Made by a program: the position numbers and the translations under genes
Source of the DNA: Cyanidioschyzon merolae
Lineage: Eukaryota
DNA: 64,000 nucleotides
NCBI GenBank assembly: GCA_000091205.1
Contig: AP006493.2
Direction: 5' to 3' (one strand)
The notes under the pieces: generated by a model
Seen by the model: only the letters and a program-made list of their open reading frames with translations
Databases searched by the model: none
Told to the model about the DNA's origin: nothing
Shown here: piece after piece, positions 43,689 through 56,545 of the stretch
Layout of the letters: every line of letters starts with the position of its first letter
How positions within the stretch are numbered: the stretch's first letter is position 1

Positions 43689-46600
43689 TGAGCTGGGTCG
43701 CAGCCTTTTCGCGTTGCAGCACGTCCAGCGTCGTCGGCTACCGCCACACGACGCGACGTTTCGAGCATTTTCTTCTAAAATTGTTGTAGTTGGCAAAGGC
43801 ACGCCTCTTGCCTCAGTGCAACAGAAACCGTTGGCGTCCCAGCACAGATGCATGTTCTCCTGCAGAAGATCATCGGCTTGAGCTATTTGGACCCTCGTGT
43901 ACTCCCTGAATGAAGCCTGGAAAGCATTCTCCTCTGATCAATACGATGCCTAGATCATCGAGCTAGGTCCTGGGGCCGTCATTCCTCTTATTGGTGTGCC
44001 TCGTGGCGTCCCTAATGAAGGACACTCGATGATCCAGAGCTCTCGACAAGCTCTGCATCTTCATCTGCGTTCTGTTCAGGTCTTTGGCACCATCCGCTTA
44101 TTGCATACGTACGGGAATGGATGTGATGCCCTCCAAATGAGGAATAATGCCCACCACCATGTTTTTTTTCTCCTCATCTATGTTGACGGGTGGGAAACGA
44201 GTATCGTTAGTCGGGACGAGCACAGGTATCAAAAAGTGCATGACGATTGATACACTCTCGATCTCCATCGTCCCGTTCTACTGGATTCCTTTTCCTCTCT
44301 GTGCAAGAGAAGCCTTGAATGAACTCCGCCAATGCTCTCTGCAAAATTGTTCGAATGCATCATCGATTCTTCCAGAGACCAGCCGAATTTCTCACGGAAG
44401 AGGCTATACACCACAGCATTATCTTCGGCGATATATTTGGACTTGATGTCGTGTATAAGGATCACTTCGCATATACGCTCGTGTTCGGCGAGTCTACTTT
44501 GCTCCGGAGCGCTCCGTTCGGGAACATGTCCTAGTGCAAGATCCCAGGAAGATAGCCCTCAAGTGTCTATCGTTGTTTAGGCACGACAGCTTCTGTTCGC
44601 GGCTGAAAGCAATACGACGATTGTGGACGATCTGAAGCGACTCTCGCCTTTGTTGTGAAATCTCATCAGGACGCACGAGTACTTCGAGCTCTGCAACCGT
44701 AGACAGCTCGGTGTTCACCCCCGATGACAACCCCAAGAATCACTTCCTTCAATCCGCATTTTTCTGGGCTAGTGCGGTCAGCATATAACGCCCACAGCGC
44801 TCACTTCATCGAGCTCATGGTATTGGCCAAAGTATGCTTTTGGGTTTCGAGGTTGTCCAGGTACTTTTTTGGACCTGCGCAGTACAAATTCCCCTTGCCG
44901 AGGTGGCACAAGGTCGTACCAAGGTATTCCGGGTAGCGCGTGTGGAATCCAACTTGATCCTAGGATCAGGTTGATTTGCAATTTCTGTGTCGAGCGTCAT
45001 TTGGTTTTTGCTCACAGGTTTGATAGAAAACTTTCTGAGCAACGTGGACAGCTGGCAGCCCCGCTTCTTGAACTCGGGCGGATAGTTGGTTGACGAGGCG
45101 CGTCAAGGAGATGGACCCTACTGAAGACTTCCTCGGTCAAGATGCTACATTGGCCCTAATGGCGTCCTGCATGTCACTTTTCGGAAGCGTCAGCGAGATA
45201 ATGTGTTTTAGTAGCAAGGCCTCGAAAATGGTTTGGGACCGATGTTTCCGATCCGATATCATTTCTCGTCGGTCGTGAGTCGAGCATTTTTCTCGAGGAT
45301 CTTTCTTTTTTTTGTATTTCGGTTTCCTTTCCTTCCCCTTTTCCTGGCAGAGTGGTATACAAGTGTCCCCATGCTTCATATCCGCTCCGTTGCTCGGGAC
45401 TCAGGCCGACTGCGCGAACGATGGCATCGAAGCTCGCCCTCATTACATATGCGAACTATTCCTCGAGTTCGCGTCCATCATCCTGTCTTTCGCGAGCGTA
45501 TGCACTGACCAAAGCGCGCTTTTCAGTTTCTGCAAGTGCTCGATCACAGGAGCAACAGAGCAGCTCAGCACTGGTGAATACAGGGTTTGACTTGTCAGTG
45601 AACAGATTGTTGATGAGCGGTGACATGGATGCGAACGACCTGTCAATCGGTCCGTGATCGTAAAATTGTTATTCAACTACGGAGAAGACGCCTTCGACTG
45701 GATTGCACCGCGAGCCATATGCAGACACAACCAGGAAAAAACGCCAAAACTCAGATGCATACTTCTTAACCGCTCTTGAGCGATAGAAAGCGACACTGCC
45801 GAGGAATAAGCCTAATGGATGTGGGAAGCGGAAGCGATAAAGTGCTTATACGAAAAACCTGGTCTTGCTCGATGCTATGCGTTTGCTGACTCAGAGACGA
45901 CCACACAATCGCATCGTCGGTGGAGATGGTGTTTTCATCACGCTCGCTTGTTTCTTCAATACGAACAGCGATTCGCGCCTCTTTGAGTCCAAAGTACATT
46001 GGCCTACCCATTCTCCCCATTAATGTCATATCGAATGAGATGCACATCCGTACCTCCTCCTGTAAGCGTTCGCGTTTCAGTCCGAACTTGCTAGTTTGTT
46101 GTTCAGTGCGCGACGCTCTCGAATTCACGTGTGCTTTTTCCTCGCTCATCCGTCTCTCTTCTTCATCGTTCGTAGGCAAGGCAAGGGAAACCCATATCCT
46201 TCTGTGTCTGTTGCGGTATTTCATGGAGATCGCACGGCATGTATTTAGGTGAATACGAGACAGGCGCTCTGGCAGCGTTTCATAAGTTCAGCTTTGTACG
46301 GATCACGTGACGGACAGCGAGTGTGAGAAGGGAGGCGCATCCACCTGTTGACCGCAGCATGCCCGTTTCTTACAAGCAGACTGTTTTTTTGCAGGCTAGC
46401 ATTCACAGTATAAAGTCGTCCTGCTACCATTTTCCAATCTAAAGGGCAAAATCGTTTTATTCGATTACTTTGAGAAAACCAAAATAGGCACCAAAAAGGT
46501 GTGCCGCTACAAACACTGCGACATTTACTGTTCCAAGTTCGACCTTCGGAAGAAATATGCAAGCACCTGAGCATCTACCATGTCCACGTGCGGCGTTGCA

Positions 46601-48289
46601 TCTACATCCGTTCCAGATTAAATGCAACACCGGACAGCTCGTCCAGCCCCTGGCTTTAGATCGTTTGCCGAACCATTGACGTGCGGAATCGATATCCGAA
46701 GAGCAGCAAGAAGGGCTCACGGGATGACGAGTAGTTTCAGCATTCTCGGCCGTTTTCTCTGAATGGCTTCTTCGAATCTATGCAATTTGGGTTCTCTTCA
46801 TCATTTTCAGCAAGATAATTCGCGACGCCGTCGAATACTGGTTCGTAAAAAACCCGAAATCCTTATGAGATTGATACGGATAACGCTCCACCCTTCAATG
46901 TTACCATCTCTCGGTATCGAGGGAAATCGTGGGTGCACCACTTCAAGGCGCTGGATTGACGACTAAAAACACGATGTCATTGCATGACGACAGCTACACA
47001 GGCTCATGCCGGAAGTTCCCTTAATTTCGCATTTCAACGATTCGATTCCATTTGAAACGCAAAGCATGTTCTATTCGTAGTCATCGACGAAATGGCTTTC
47101 CACGTCAGCTTGACATCTCCCAGGAGATACTCTCCCAGCGGCTTTCTTATCTTCCGCCTGCATGGGAGCGGTCACGGAGTAAACGTTGAGTCATCGCGGC
47201 GATCGTCTCCCGTGACCGGTGCTTCTCTATTTTGGACGAAAGGAACCTGTTCGGATCGAAATTTCTCGACGGGATCTCTAGCCTGGACTTTTCGTCTGGC
47301 ACTTGTTTCATCACCGACAGCCTCGAGCTCCAAGAACCATCAATAAAATGGAACAACGTGGGTTCGCGGTGCGGCAGGCAGAGCACTCGCCGATAGGGTC
47401 ATGCAGAAGAGGCCCGTGATCCTAGGATACGGCGCCAGGGGCGCAAGCGCAGGCGGAGGAGGATGCAGGGTATCGTGGGTAGCCTTCAGTACCCGTCAAG
47501 CGCGTTAATCGAAAACGATAAGCAAGGGTTCATGCGCAGCGAAGCAGCCCCAGAAGCAGAAAATGTGGCAGACGCGTAGCGCCATCGGACTGTAGGCAAG
47601 TGCCGACGCTGCGATGGGCCCGCGGAGGATTTGAACAACGAAGATGAGCATCATAACTGAAGCATCAACCGCAATGATTGCTTCTGCATGAGGTGCGTCG
47701 AAAAATGCCAGAGACATCGGAATCAAAACTCTGATGCTGCGATCAGCATCGTGTGACTGCTGACGACAGATCTCGAGGCAAAGGAGAGACCGGTGAATTT
47801 GAACCCGGTGATGCTAGTCAGGAAAAGAAAGCAGTGGACGAAATAGCCTAGAAAGGCATGTTTTGATGACAACCGGAACAGAAGCATACACTAGCGTTTA
47901 CCGCAGAGTCAAACAACTGGACTCCGTTCGATTTTGTGCACAGATGCGTATCAGGCGCTGAGCAGTGGCGGCAGTCAGCGCAACAGCCCCCTTAGACAGT
48001 ACATCAGCTCCCATTCACTTGATTCGCCTCGCATCCGTTCCCGTAATATTGCTCCAAGCCGAACCAAGACGCATATGTCTATACTGCGGGAGCATCCTCT
48101 TGTATAAATACAGGACACCTGTTGCACAGACTCATTTGCTTATCGGTGAATATATTTTTCCCCATGCAGTATCCGTTCCCTGATGCCCATCTTCGTGCCG
48201 TTGGGACCTCAAACTAGGCAAAATGCGAGATACCCGAGTTCGTAGGAGAGACCAGCCACTCGCAAAAATCTATTGTTTGTCCATTGTAG

Positions 48290-48700
48290 CGTCCGTGTGC
48301 CAGGCCTCGTCTTCATGTTTTCGAAAGCATACGCATGCGAGACGCAAGCTTTGCGTTCCGAAGGAGTTTACGATCTAACACCTGCGGTTGCGCTCAGCAC
48401 AGACTTCGCAGGCCACCTGCTGTCGGTGCTTCGGGCGGATGCATCCGACTCATCCTCGAGCCGACGCCTTTTGTGGTACGGTAACGCCGTTCTGTCTCGG
48501 TGCAGCGACAGCACCGGCGCTGTAGGCGCTATTGCTGCCGCTTTCGGCAGGCTCGGCACACGATAGGACGTACGAAACGACCAGAATATCCGAGATGAAG
48601 TATAGGTAATATAACATGGGAGTAGGGGGTTGATGGATACCTCACCTCGCACTGAAAAAAATAACACAAAAAAGTAAGAAAAGAAAAATGCGCATAATCG
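48290..48700 (+). mobile_element. SINE-like dispersed repeat, copy D, in opposite orientation to copies A to C, with an A-rich tail at 48655-48700
   Basis: The reverse complement of 48480-48640 matches ctggtcgtttcgtacgtcctatcgtg...gcaatagcgc-tacagcgccggtgctgtcgctgcac of copy A. An A-rich stretch gaaaaaaataacacaaaaaagtaagaaaagaaaaa follows. Confidence 0.5.
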
Positions 48701-48845
48701 GAGAACGCTGGCCTATGGAAACGTTTTGCCAATGGAAAAAAATCCGACTCGTATGCAATCGCGAACGTCGCGAAAGCAGCTCCTAGAAGGATTCTTTCTG
48801 TGGCAGCAGCGGAGCTTGGTGGACGGCAGGTGTTCGCGGTGTCGC

Positions 48846-50771
48846 ATGGCTGCAACTGCGGTGGCGTGTGTGAACCCCAAGTCTGGTGGACTGAGGGGAG
48901 CGAAAGTTCTGGAGGTGCTGCGTAAGATTCTGGGAGCGGAAAAGTGCCTGAACGTGCTGCAGGTCCCAAGCGCTGCCGAGTGGCTGGTTGAGAACTTTGG
49001 AGCAGAGGAAAACCTCCGCATTCTTATTTGCGGTGGCGACGGAACTATTAGTCGCGTTGTCGATAGTTATGTACAGGTGGTGAGTCGACTCAGCGCTTCA
49101 GGCGATTCAGCCAGTTCCGATCGTCAGCTGGACGTTCTTCGCAAATGGGCGTTTGCCCCGATTCCCATCGGTACTGGTAACGATCTAGCGCGCACGCTGG
49201 GCTGGGGCTCGAATCTCGTGGGTGTAAGCGGGCCTTTTTTCGAGGGCGTGGTCAGGTATGCAGTAGAGAGTGTACCGGTTCCGCTGGATACCTGGCAGGT
49301 GACGCGAAAGCGACTGAGGAGGCAGCAAGGCTCGCGCAGCAGCTCGCTGTTAGCCCACTTCTCCTCCGGTGAGGCTTCTGCGAACAGAGACCGCAGTGTT
49401 CGCTTCGCAAGCGCTGAATCTGGGGCTTGTGCGCCAGGTCAAGGTTCGGATTCGGAGTCCGATGAAGAGGAAGAGTCTACGTATGCGAGACGTTTCACGA
49501 TGCTGAGCTATTTGTCCCTCGGATGCGATGCGGATGTGGAATTGCTTTTCAACTCTCGACGAGAAGCAAATCCGAGACGATATCGGAGCCAGACGCTTAA
49601 CTACATTTCACATGCTCTCTTTGGGATCGAACGAACGATGCTGAGTCGGGCGCGACCTCTTTACAAGGAGCGCATCACGCTCTATGTTGATGGGCAACGC
49701 ATCAAGATTCCACGCGCCGCGCAGTCCCTTTTATTCGCAAACATTCCTTCCTATGGTGCTGGGGCGGATCCAGGTGGAGTGGCCCGCCGTCAGCGTCGGG
49801 CCCTAGCTCGGAAACAGCAACAGGTACTCCAACTTTGTCGCTGCTTTCATCGTCGGTCCTCAGGGGATCATACGGTTTCCCAGTCGGAAGCACATCCTCC
49901 CGGGGGGAGCGCGGTAGATAAGCATGCGGCTACAATCGACGCACGCACGGAGGGAGCGCATCATAGCCCCGATCCTGTCGAAAGGGAATCATCTCAGGCT
50001 GCACGTCAGGACGCTGTGGGCCCGCACGACTCTGTCAGCAGCGCAGTCCTGCCGTGCGTGGACGACGGCAGGTTGGATATCATGACCATGAAGAGTCTTG
50101 TTCATTTTGTATGGATTAAAATGGGTCGCGAGGCTCAGCGTCTGCGGAACGGTAGGAAAATTCGCATTGAGCTTGAGGAGAGTCGCTCTTCGTTGGTCCG
50201 CGCGGCCTCGTCGCTTGTCGCCAAACATATCGCAGTGCAATGTGACGGTGAGGCATGGAACCAAGCACGTAATGAATGCATCGAAATTGAGCCTTTCTCG
50301 TTTCAGGTAGGCTTCCTGCTTGGCCCACTCTACGCTGGGGCAATCTTTAAGGCAGACTCGCGCATGCGCTTGGTCCGCGGTCTCGTTGCTCCCTACCTGA
50401 AGCCAACCAGTGCACCCAGCGCAGTTTTCAGTCAACCAGATTCCATCAGATATATAGAGCAGGGCCTCTCCAAGGCGAGTGAGGCGTTCTTGGCTGGTGT
50501 TGGAGAACGTGCCAGGATCGCTCGCAGCGCCCCAGATGTGCCGCCGAGATCTTCCGTCAGCCGCACTGTGGCATCTGAGCGTTCCATCAGTGTCGAGCGT
50601 AGCGGGCATGCTAGCAACCGCCAACCCGAGACGCATCCCGAAGAAAATGACGAGTCCGGGGCGCCCAAGCAACGAGAGAGGTTCTCACGATCTCGGTGGT
50701 TGTCGCACGCGCTGGGCAGCTGTTTCGGTGGCAAGCGCCAGCCTGCTGGTGAACCTGTCGGGGCGAAATAA
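48846..50771 (+). CDS. Diacylglycerol kinase-like lipid kinase (DAGKc catalytic plus DAGK accessory domains). The ORF track runs from 48726; a probable ATG is at 48846.
   Basis: VACVNPKSGGLRGAKVL...LRILICGGDGTISRVVD, the NPKSGG and GGDGT motifs of DAGKc. LSYLSLGCDADVELLFNSRREANP and FANIPSYGAGADP resemble the DAGK accessory domain. Confidence 0.65.
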   Translation: MAATAVACVNPKSGGLRGAKVLEVLRKILGAEKCLNVLQVPSAAEWLVENFGAEENLRILICGGDGTISRVVDSYVQVVSRLSASGDSASSDRQLDVLRKWAFAPIPIGTGNDLARTLGWGSNLVGVSGPFFEGVVRYAVESVPVPLDTWQVTRKRLRRQQGSRSSSLLAHFSSGEASANRDRSVRFASAESGACAPGQGSDSESDEEEESTYARRFTMLSYLSLGCDADVELLFNSRREANPRRYRSQTLNYISHALFGIERTMLSRARPLYKERITLYVDGQRIKIPRAAQSLLFANIPSYGAGADPGGVARRQRRALARKQQQVLQLCRCFHRRSSGDHTVSQSEAHPPGGSAVDKHAATIDARTEGAHHSPDPVERESSQAARQDAVGPHDSVSSAVLPCVDDGRLDIMTMKSLVHFVWIKMGREAQRLRNGRKIRIELEESRSSLVRAASSLVAKHIAVQCDGEAWNQARNECIEIEPFSFQVGFLLGPLYAGAIFKADSRMRLVRGLVAPYLKPTSAPSAVFSQPDSIRYIEQGLSKASEAFLAGVGERARIARSAPDVPPRSSVSRTVASERSISVERSGHASNRQPETHPEENDESGAPKQRERFSRSRWLSHALGSCFGGKRQPAGEPVGAK

Positions 50772-51163
50772 AGGGCCCTGCTTGCGACGCTAACATCGCA
50801 TGCTTTATCCATTTTTACTGGGGCAGTGGAGGAAACCCAATTCCGTATTCACACCTGCAAGGCTGAGACAAGGGGCTCGGCAAGCGACGCAAGCAGTGCC
50901 CGCGTCATCCATTTTTATTGAAGCGGCGGAGGAAACTTGATCCTCTGTCAGCGCGTTAGCGGCAAGATGCCCAAACGCCTCGTGCACAGAGATAGCGAAG
51001 TAGCGATGGACCGTGGCGGCTCAGCAGGATCCATTGATTCGGATGCATCATCAGCGCGCTGCGTTAGGCGAATGTTCAGCAAGATAACGCAGTTGGAAGA
51101 CATCATTGCCGCAATCGGGGCCGTGGAGCTGCCCACACAATGGTGGACGTTTTCGTATGACCA

Positions 51164-53476
51164 TCACGGTCTGGTGGGTGCTTGTTCTTGCCCTGGGGAC
51201 TTCAATGGGCTCGCATCAGGCGCTACACCTGCCGCTGGGCTTGTATAGTGGGTGCCGTGCTCCGCTCGTACGCTGTGCGTGTGACGGGACCCCATGATGG
51301 GCTCAGCACTCGCGACGCCGGGCGGTACACCCATGAAATCCGTCGGAGAAGTGAACGGCTGTGGGTATGGAGGCATCAGCAAGTGCGGCAGCGGTGGATA
51401 GGCCGGAATCGGCTGCATGGGCATTGCTGAGTAGCCAGCGGGTCCCATGAGGGGCTGCGGCGCATACGGCAAAAAGTACGCAGACGGATACGGTTGCGCT
51501 GCTGGGTGTGCCGCGCCCATCCCCGGACCATAAAAGTAACCGCCACCGCCCTGGATCAGAAAAACCTGCTCCCGTTGCGCGATAGACATGCCCCGGTAGC
51601 GTGACCGGCCGCCTCGGCCTCGGTGAGGATTTCCAGACGAAACGTTCTGAAAGCGCTGCTGCTCCTGAGGAGCCGGTTCAATCAGCGCTTGCGATGGCAC
51701 GAATTCTTCGGCATTCACGTTGAGGTGGAAATCCTTCGCGTTCGGATCCATTGCCTTACCGCTAGTGGCGCTGCCGCCACTGAACTCACTCTTCGCTTGT
51801 TCTTTCGGCGACTGGATTAGGCTGCGCTCTCGTTCGTCACTGGTCGCTTCCACGGCGAGACTGCTCTCGGAGCCGGCCAACGACAATTTGCTGCCTGCAC
51901 GGATCATGGAACGCAAGTTACCGGAACTTGTCTTTCGCTCAATATCGGCACTAAAGCGGCGAAAATATTCCGTTTCGCGCTCCCTGCTGCGCTCGCTTTC
52001 GTAGCCCTGTTGCTGTTGCTGCTGCGCTTTGAACTCATTCAGCTTCTGAATCACTTCATCAGGCACATGCGGAACACTTAGCTCCAGGTTCAGACCAACG
52101 ACCTCGCGGCCGACTGTGACACTCGCGGGGATGGGGCCTGCGCTAGGCGCTGTAGGGGTTGTTGCCAGGGCCGGTGACGCTCGATCGCTCCCGTTCCCCA
52201 TCGCGGGCGATGTGGAGCCGCTCCGCGCAACCACCACACCAGTCATCCGCGCATCCTCTAACCTTTGTCGACTCGACAGACGTTGGAGGACTCGTTTGTG
52301 CTCGACATCATATTGGTCGAGCAAGTATTCTGACGAGCTGTTTCGCGACAATGAAGCTGATGAACGGTTTCGTCGCAGCGCATATAAGTATTCAGTGGAC
52401 GCAGCTATCGAGATACCAGCAGCGGTAGCTTTTGAGGCTGCGGGTCGCATTGGAGCATCCGTTGCAGAGCTGCTTGTGTCCTCGGATGCAGGTATCCCCG
52501 TTGGTCGTGGCCCGATCTCTTCGCTGGTGCGAGGCTCGTTTGATTCTCCGGGATGCTCCGCGGTGCGCACAACAGCCCCATATCGAAGTTCCTCGTCATC
52601 GCAGCCGCTTTCATCTGCCAATTGAATGAACTGGCCACGTTCCTCGGCCACATGGGGATTATCCGCTGCTTTCGATTCGATTTCAGCTGCCAGTCTCGCG
52701 GCGCGGGCGATATCTGCTTCGGAAAAGCGGTTCGGATCTAATTTCGTGGTATAATGCTCCTCTGTGTACGTGGTTTTCACTCCGAACTTGCGTTCGTTCT
52801 CCACAAACTGGTCCCACTTTGTTCGCTGATACCGGTCGAGAGCGTCAAAGGCGAGCTCGCGATGCGGTGCGTTCCGGTGAGCGCCCTCCGCTTTTCGTTT
52901 AGTTGCAGATGCGTCCGGGGCTGCTTGATCGTCCGCCCATGCAACGAGTTCTCGCTCAGAGGGACTCTCTCGTTCAGCACCGTGACTGATCTCTCGGTCC
53001 GTGACAACCGACCCCGACCTCGTGCCTGTCTCAACAGACGGTCGAGGAGCCGCCTCTGCATTATCGCCGGAGGCTAGCGGCACTCCTTTTGCGTAGAGCC
53101 TGACCAGATCAGAGCGACGGAATACCATAAACGGCACCGGAGGCACTGCCGGTTTCGGTAGCTGCTCGTGCCACGAAAGGCCGTGCATACGTACTCGCTC
53201 TGCAAAACGGAGCACGACGCCCTCTTCGGGCACTGCTGCGTACAAGGTACCCTTGTAGCGACTACCATCACGAAGCGTCACTTCTACCTCGCGGCCAAGA
53301 AGACTGCCGTAGACAAACAGTACGCGCGAGAGGTTACTTTCGTTGTCAGAGTGACCCGGATCGCCGCCGCTTGACGACACTGGCATACCAACTCCGCTCG
53401 TACTTGGTTCCCGCTTGGTCGGCATCAGATCCATCTTTCTTGTAGCAGCAGCAGCAGCGGCAGCAGCAGACAACAA
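51164..53476 (-). CDS. ATXN2: Ataxin-2 homolog (Lsm + LsmAD + PAM2)
   Basis: An N-terminal Sm-like block RVLFVYGSLLGREVEVTLRDGSRYKGTLYAA. LsmAD-like ERKFGVKTTYTEEHYTTKLDPNRFSEADIARAARLAAEIES. A PAM2 motif DFHLNVNAEEFVPS. Poly-Ala and poly-Gln tracts, and a Pro/Tyr/Gly-rich C-terminal region. Confidence 0.75.
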   Translation of the reverse strand: MLSAAAAAAAATRKMDLMPTKREPSTSGVGMPVSSSGGDPGHSDNESNLSRVLFVYGSLLGREVEVTLRDGSRYKGTLYAAVPEEGVVLRFAERVRMHGLSWHEQLPKPAVPPVPFMVFRRSDLVRLYAKGVPLASGDNAEAAPRPSVETGTRSGSVVTDREISHGAERESPSERELVAWADDQAAPDASATKRKAEGAHRNAPHRELAFDALDRYQRTKWDQFVENERKFGVKTTYTEEHYTTKLDPNRFSEADIARAARLAAEIESKAADNPHVAEERGQFIQLADESGCDDEELRYGAVVRTAEHPGESNEPRTSEEIGPRPTGIPASEDTSSSATDAPMRPAASKATAAGISIAASTEYLYALRRNRSSASLSRNSSSEYLLDQYDVEHKRVLQRLSSRQRLEDARMTGVVVARSGSTSPAMGNGSDRASPALATTPTAPSAGPIPASVTVGREVVGLNLELSVPHVPDEVIQKLNEFKAQQQQQQGYESERSRERETEYFRRFSADIERKTSSGNLRSMIRAGSKLSLAGSESSLAVEATSDERERSLIQSPKEQAKSEFSGGSATSGKAMDPNAKDFHLNVNAEEFVPSQALIEPAPQEQQRFQNVSSGNPHRGRGGRSRYRGMSIAQREQVFLIQGGGGYFYGPGMGAAHPAAQPYPSAYFLPYAPQPLMGPAGYSAMPMQPIPAYPPLPHLLMPPYPQPFTSPTDFMGVPPGVASAEPIMGSRHTHSVRAEHGTHYTSPAAGVAPDASPLKSPGQEQAPTRP

Positions 53477-53576
53477 GCAGACGGCTAACAGCTGAACCCC
53501 GATCTATAACGTTTCGATGAGAATGTTTCTTATTTGACAAAAATCTTTACACAAGCCAGCGTTCCCCGATTGTGTG

Positions 53577-53770
53577 CTTGGTATCAGCGCGCAGTAAAGC
53601 ATCCGTCGTTCCACCTAATTCCAAGTTCCATTACCCATTTTTTCTCGGATATACTGGTCGTTTCGTACGTTCTATCGTGCGCCTAGTGCATGCTGTGGGC
53701 GTCCGCGGTAGCGCCAAGAGCGCCGGTGCTGTCGTAGCACGGGGACAGGACGGTTTTACCGTCCACAAAG
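53577..53770 (-). mobile_element. SINE-like dispersed repeat, copy C (partial or diverged)
   Basis: gcgcagtaaagcatccgtcgttccacctaattccaagttccattacccattttttctcggatatactggtcgtttcgtacgttctatcgtg...gcgccggtgctgtcgtagcacgggga is colinear with copy A at 4022-4200. Confidence 0.5.
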
Positions 53771-54636
53771 AGCGACGGCAAACGAGGGTAAACTGATACA
53801 AACGCGCAGACGCCTCCCAGCCTTTCGACAAGCCACCTACTATCAGCTTCGGCTTCTCCTTGCACACCTCTACCCCGAGAGCCTACCCCACAAAGTTGTA
53901 TCCTATCAGCCCCTCGGGTCTCTTCTTCAGCAAAGCATATCTCATGATATTGTTGGCGGCGTTGACGTCGCCGTTCAAGAACTCGATGCGGTTTACTGCC
54001 TCTACTGGAACTCATCAGCGCAAGAGTACCTCGAGCGCGTGCCTTCTTTGCCACCAAAGTCTCGATATCGTCCTGTCGGGCAAAGAATCCTTTTCTCGCG
54101 TATCTCTCTTCTTCTTCTTCGCTCGATGCTCGGCGAAAGTGGATTTTTAGCGGGTCCGAGCTGAATTCGTTGGGATTTTTAGCGTTTTCTTCGGCAGTCG
54201 ACGATGATGGCCCTCCGGGATCCCCAACTTCCATGTCTGTAGTGTTCCCTCGGATTTGTTAAGTTTACAAATGAACGCACGTTGAACATGTCTGCTACAG
54301 ACTGCGACGAAGCATTTGATGACACGCACCTGGGGACGGGACACGATTGCGTTGAAGAACTGCAGGAAATCGGGTAGCGGCCCGTGCTCCCCAGCGAGAC
54401 CCCATGAAGTGCAGATGACATGCAGGCCCTTGCGGCCGTCGCGGCGGGCGATTGCGCCCAGCGCGCCACCGACTGCTAATCGGTGCGTACACGGACACGT
54501 GTTCATGGGGCGCGCCGATCGCCTGAGCGACCGGTCGCTCGGGCGATCCGGACAGTCGAGGGGTCCGCGTGGCGGCGGGGCGCGCATGAGGCCCTGCGCC
54601 TGCTGCCCGCAACGCTGACCGCATGAACGGTGCTGC

Positions 54637-55215
54637 GTGTCCTGCATGCGCGCTGCAACAGCCTTCCTGGCACTACTCTGCATCCAGGTATTTTATTATT
54701 GGGTCCCAAGGTGGCAGACCGGCAGTGAACTGGTGTCTTTGAGTTCGTACGGAACCATATATCAGCGCCCGAGCGCCGCAGCTGACTGCTATCAGGGTAC
54801 GGTGAACAATAGCGCGGGCGGCAGTACGTGCACATGTAACAGCGGCTGGTACACCGTACCGGAGAATGCTCCGGTGCAGTGTGCGTGCAACCTAAACTGT
54901 GACCTAGAGGGTACCAAGTCATGCAATCGGTCATTGCAAGTTTGCTTTTGTAAGGACGGGTACGGTACCGCGCCCAACCAGAACCCAAAGAATCGAGTCT
55001 ATTGCAATGTGAAGTATCCCAGTACGAACTCGAGCTCGAATGGAGGCGGGGCGACCTCCCCTGCAAACTCCACTGGAGGCGGCGGATTCAATCTATCCGG
55101 TATCAGTCTTCCCACGATTCTGCTGGCCCTTGTTTGTTTGGGAATCGGAGCTGCAATTTTTGCTTTCTGTTGCTGCTTATGTTGGCCATTCGTGGCCCGA
55201 GCGCGAATGTATTAA
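54637..55215 (+). CDS. Hypothetical Cys-rich type I membrane protein
   Basis: A signal-peptide-like N-terminus (MSCMRAATAFLALLCIQ). Cys-rich EGF-like spacing (CTCNSGWY...CACNLNCD...CNRSLQVCFCKDGYG). A C-terminal TM (LPTILLALVCLGIGAAIFAFCCCLCW). No recognised family. Confidence 0.3.
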   Translation: MSCMRAATAFLALLCIQVFYYWVPRWQTGSELVSLSSYGTIYQRPSAAADCYQGTVNNSAGGSTCTCNSGWYTVPENAPVQCACNLNCDLEGTKSCNRSLQVCFCKDGYGTAPNQNPKNRVYCNVKYPSTNSSSNGGGATSPANSTGGGGFNLSGISLPTILLALVCLGIGAAIFAFCCCLCWPFVARARMY

Positions 55216-56000
55216 TGGCGAATACAGGGGGAGCGCATTGAGGCCCCCCCTCCCGCTCCGCCATTCGAACATCCGCGACGCTGCCTGTCCCAGAGTCGGC
55301 GCACAGACGTTGCACGAACTGCGTTCTCGTGGCGTGCCTGCCGATGCGAACCGCCTCAAGTGAATGTTTGACAGCGGCGAAGTGCTCGTAAACATGTAAA
55401 AAGGGCAATCTCCGACGGCGGCATTTGCGCGTCCATCTAAATCCCAATTGCTTGCCCTGTGTCCTGGTGTCTTGAGGCCTGACGTGCGGCTTGTGGGTCT
55501 GGTCGCCCTCATGCCCGATTATCGCTTATCATACCATGACGGTATGCGCAGGGGAAAATATTTGGAGCGCAGTTTTGCCAACGCAAATGGTTCGTTCTCT
55601 CCAACAGAGCGCACTAACGCTCGCTGCGCATTCTCGTGACGGAAAACGATTCTTTCAGAGCGATCAGTACTGCATTCGACCCGACGCCTATGAGAGGCAG
55701 CTGGGGAAGCTTTCAGGCAGCCGATGCGTCCTCTGTGCGGACTGGAGAGTCTCATACAAGTCTGAGACTAAAGTATCGAGTGTTTACCGCCCCGGCGACA
55801 CATTCGCTGCCCGATAGAGAGCTAAGTATTCATCCTTGGGGGACGCATGCTAAGGGAATGCAGCGCAAAGATTGCCATAAAGCCCAAGGAAGCGTCCTGG
55901 AAACTTTGGTGTCCTCCGTCAGACTGGTGCGCGCTGACGTACCACGTGTGATGTGAGACATGCGTTTTCCGTTGAACACGGCATATCCGCAGCGTCTCGC

Positions 56001-56447
56001 TCACATACCCGTTTCGGTTCCGTGACCGTGTTCCATGCGGTTGGCGTAGAGCGCGTGCACGGGCGGCGCAGAGAGAGAACCGTGAACGTTTGGTTGCGAT
56101 ACCAACAAATCTTCCTTCGGAACAATGTCAATCAGAAAGTCAAAAATATCAGTCTTTTGAATGGCAGCGCTCACATCGCTGCGTTGCAGCGTCCTTCGCT
56201 TCGCCTCCTCAGTGATAGCCCAGGCCCTCAACGTCAGCTCTTGAACAAAGAGTTCACAGGCCTTGCCAAATATAATAGGTGCCTCAGCGCTAACCATTCG
56301 CACGTCCTCGTCGGACTTGATTATCTTTTTTATCCGAGCCAGCGGCAGTGCGTGGTTCTTAAAATCAGTGGCGGTCTCGCACTCCCGAAGGTGTCTCCGC
56401 CACATTTCCGCAAGAGCCTGTTCCAGTCTCTGGTTTGAGTGACTCAT
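56001..56447 (-). CDS. Histone-fold protein of the NC2alpha (DRAP1) / NF-YC / POLE4 family
   Basis: LPLARIKKIIKSDEDVRMVSAEAPIIFGKACELFVQELTLRAWAITEEAKRRTLQRSDVSAAI is the CBFD_NFYB_HMF histone-fold signature. Confidence 0.7.
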   Translation of the reverse strand: MSHSNQRLEQALAEMWRRHLRECETATDFKNHALPLARIKKIIKSDEDVRMVSAEAPIIFGKACELFVQELTLRAWAITEEAKRRTLQRSDVSAAIQKTDIFDFLIDIVPKEDLLVSQPNVHGSLSAPPVHALYANRMEHGHGTETGM

Positions 56448-56545
56448 ATTCCTTTAGACCTGAACAAGAATGGTACCCCTCAAACAACAAAAGCGCGCAG
56501 CAACAGTACACAGCGCACCTTTGGCACGTCGCCCAAAACGCCGAT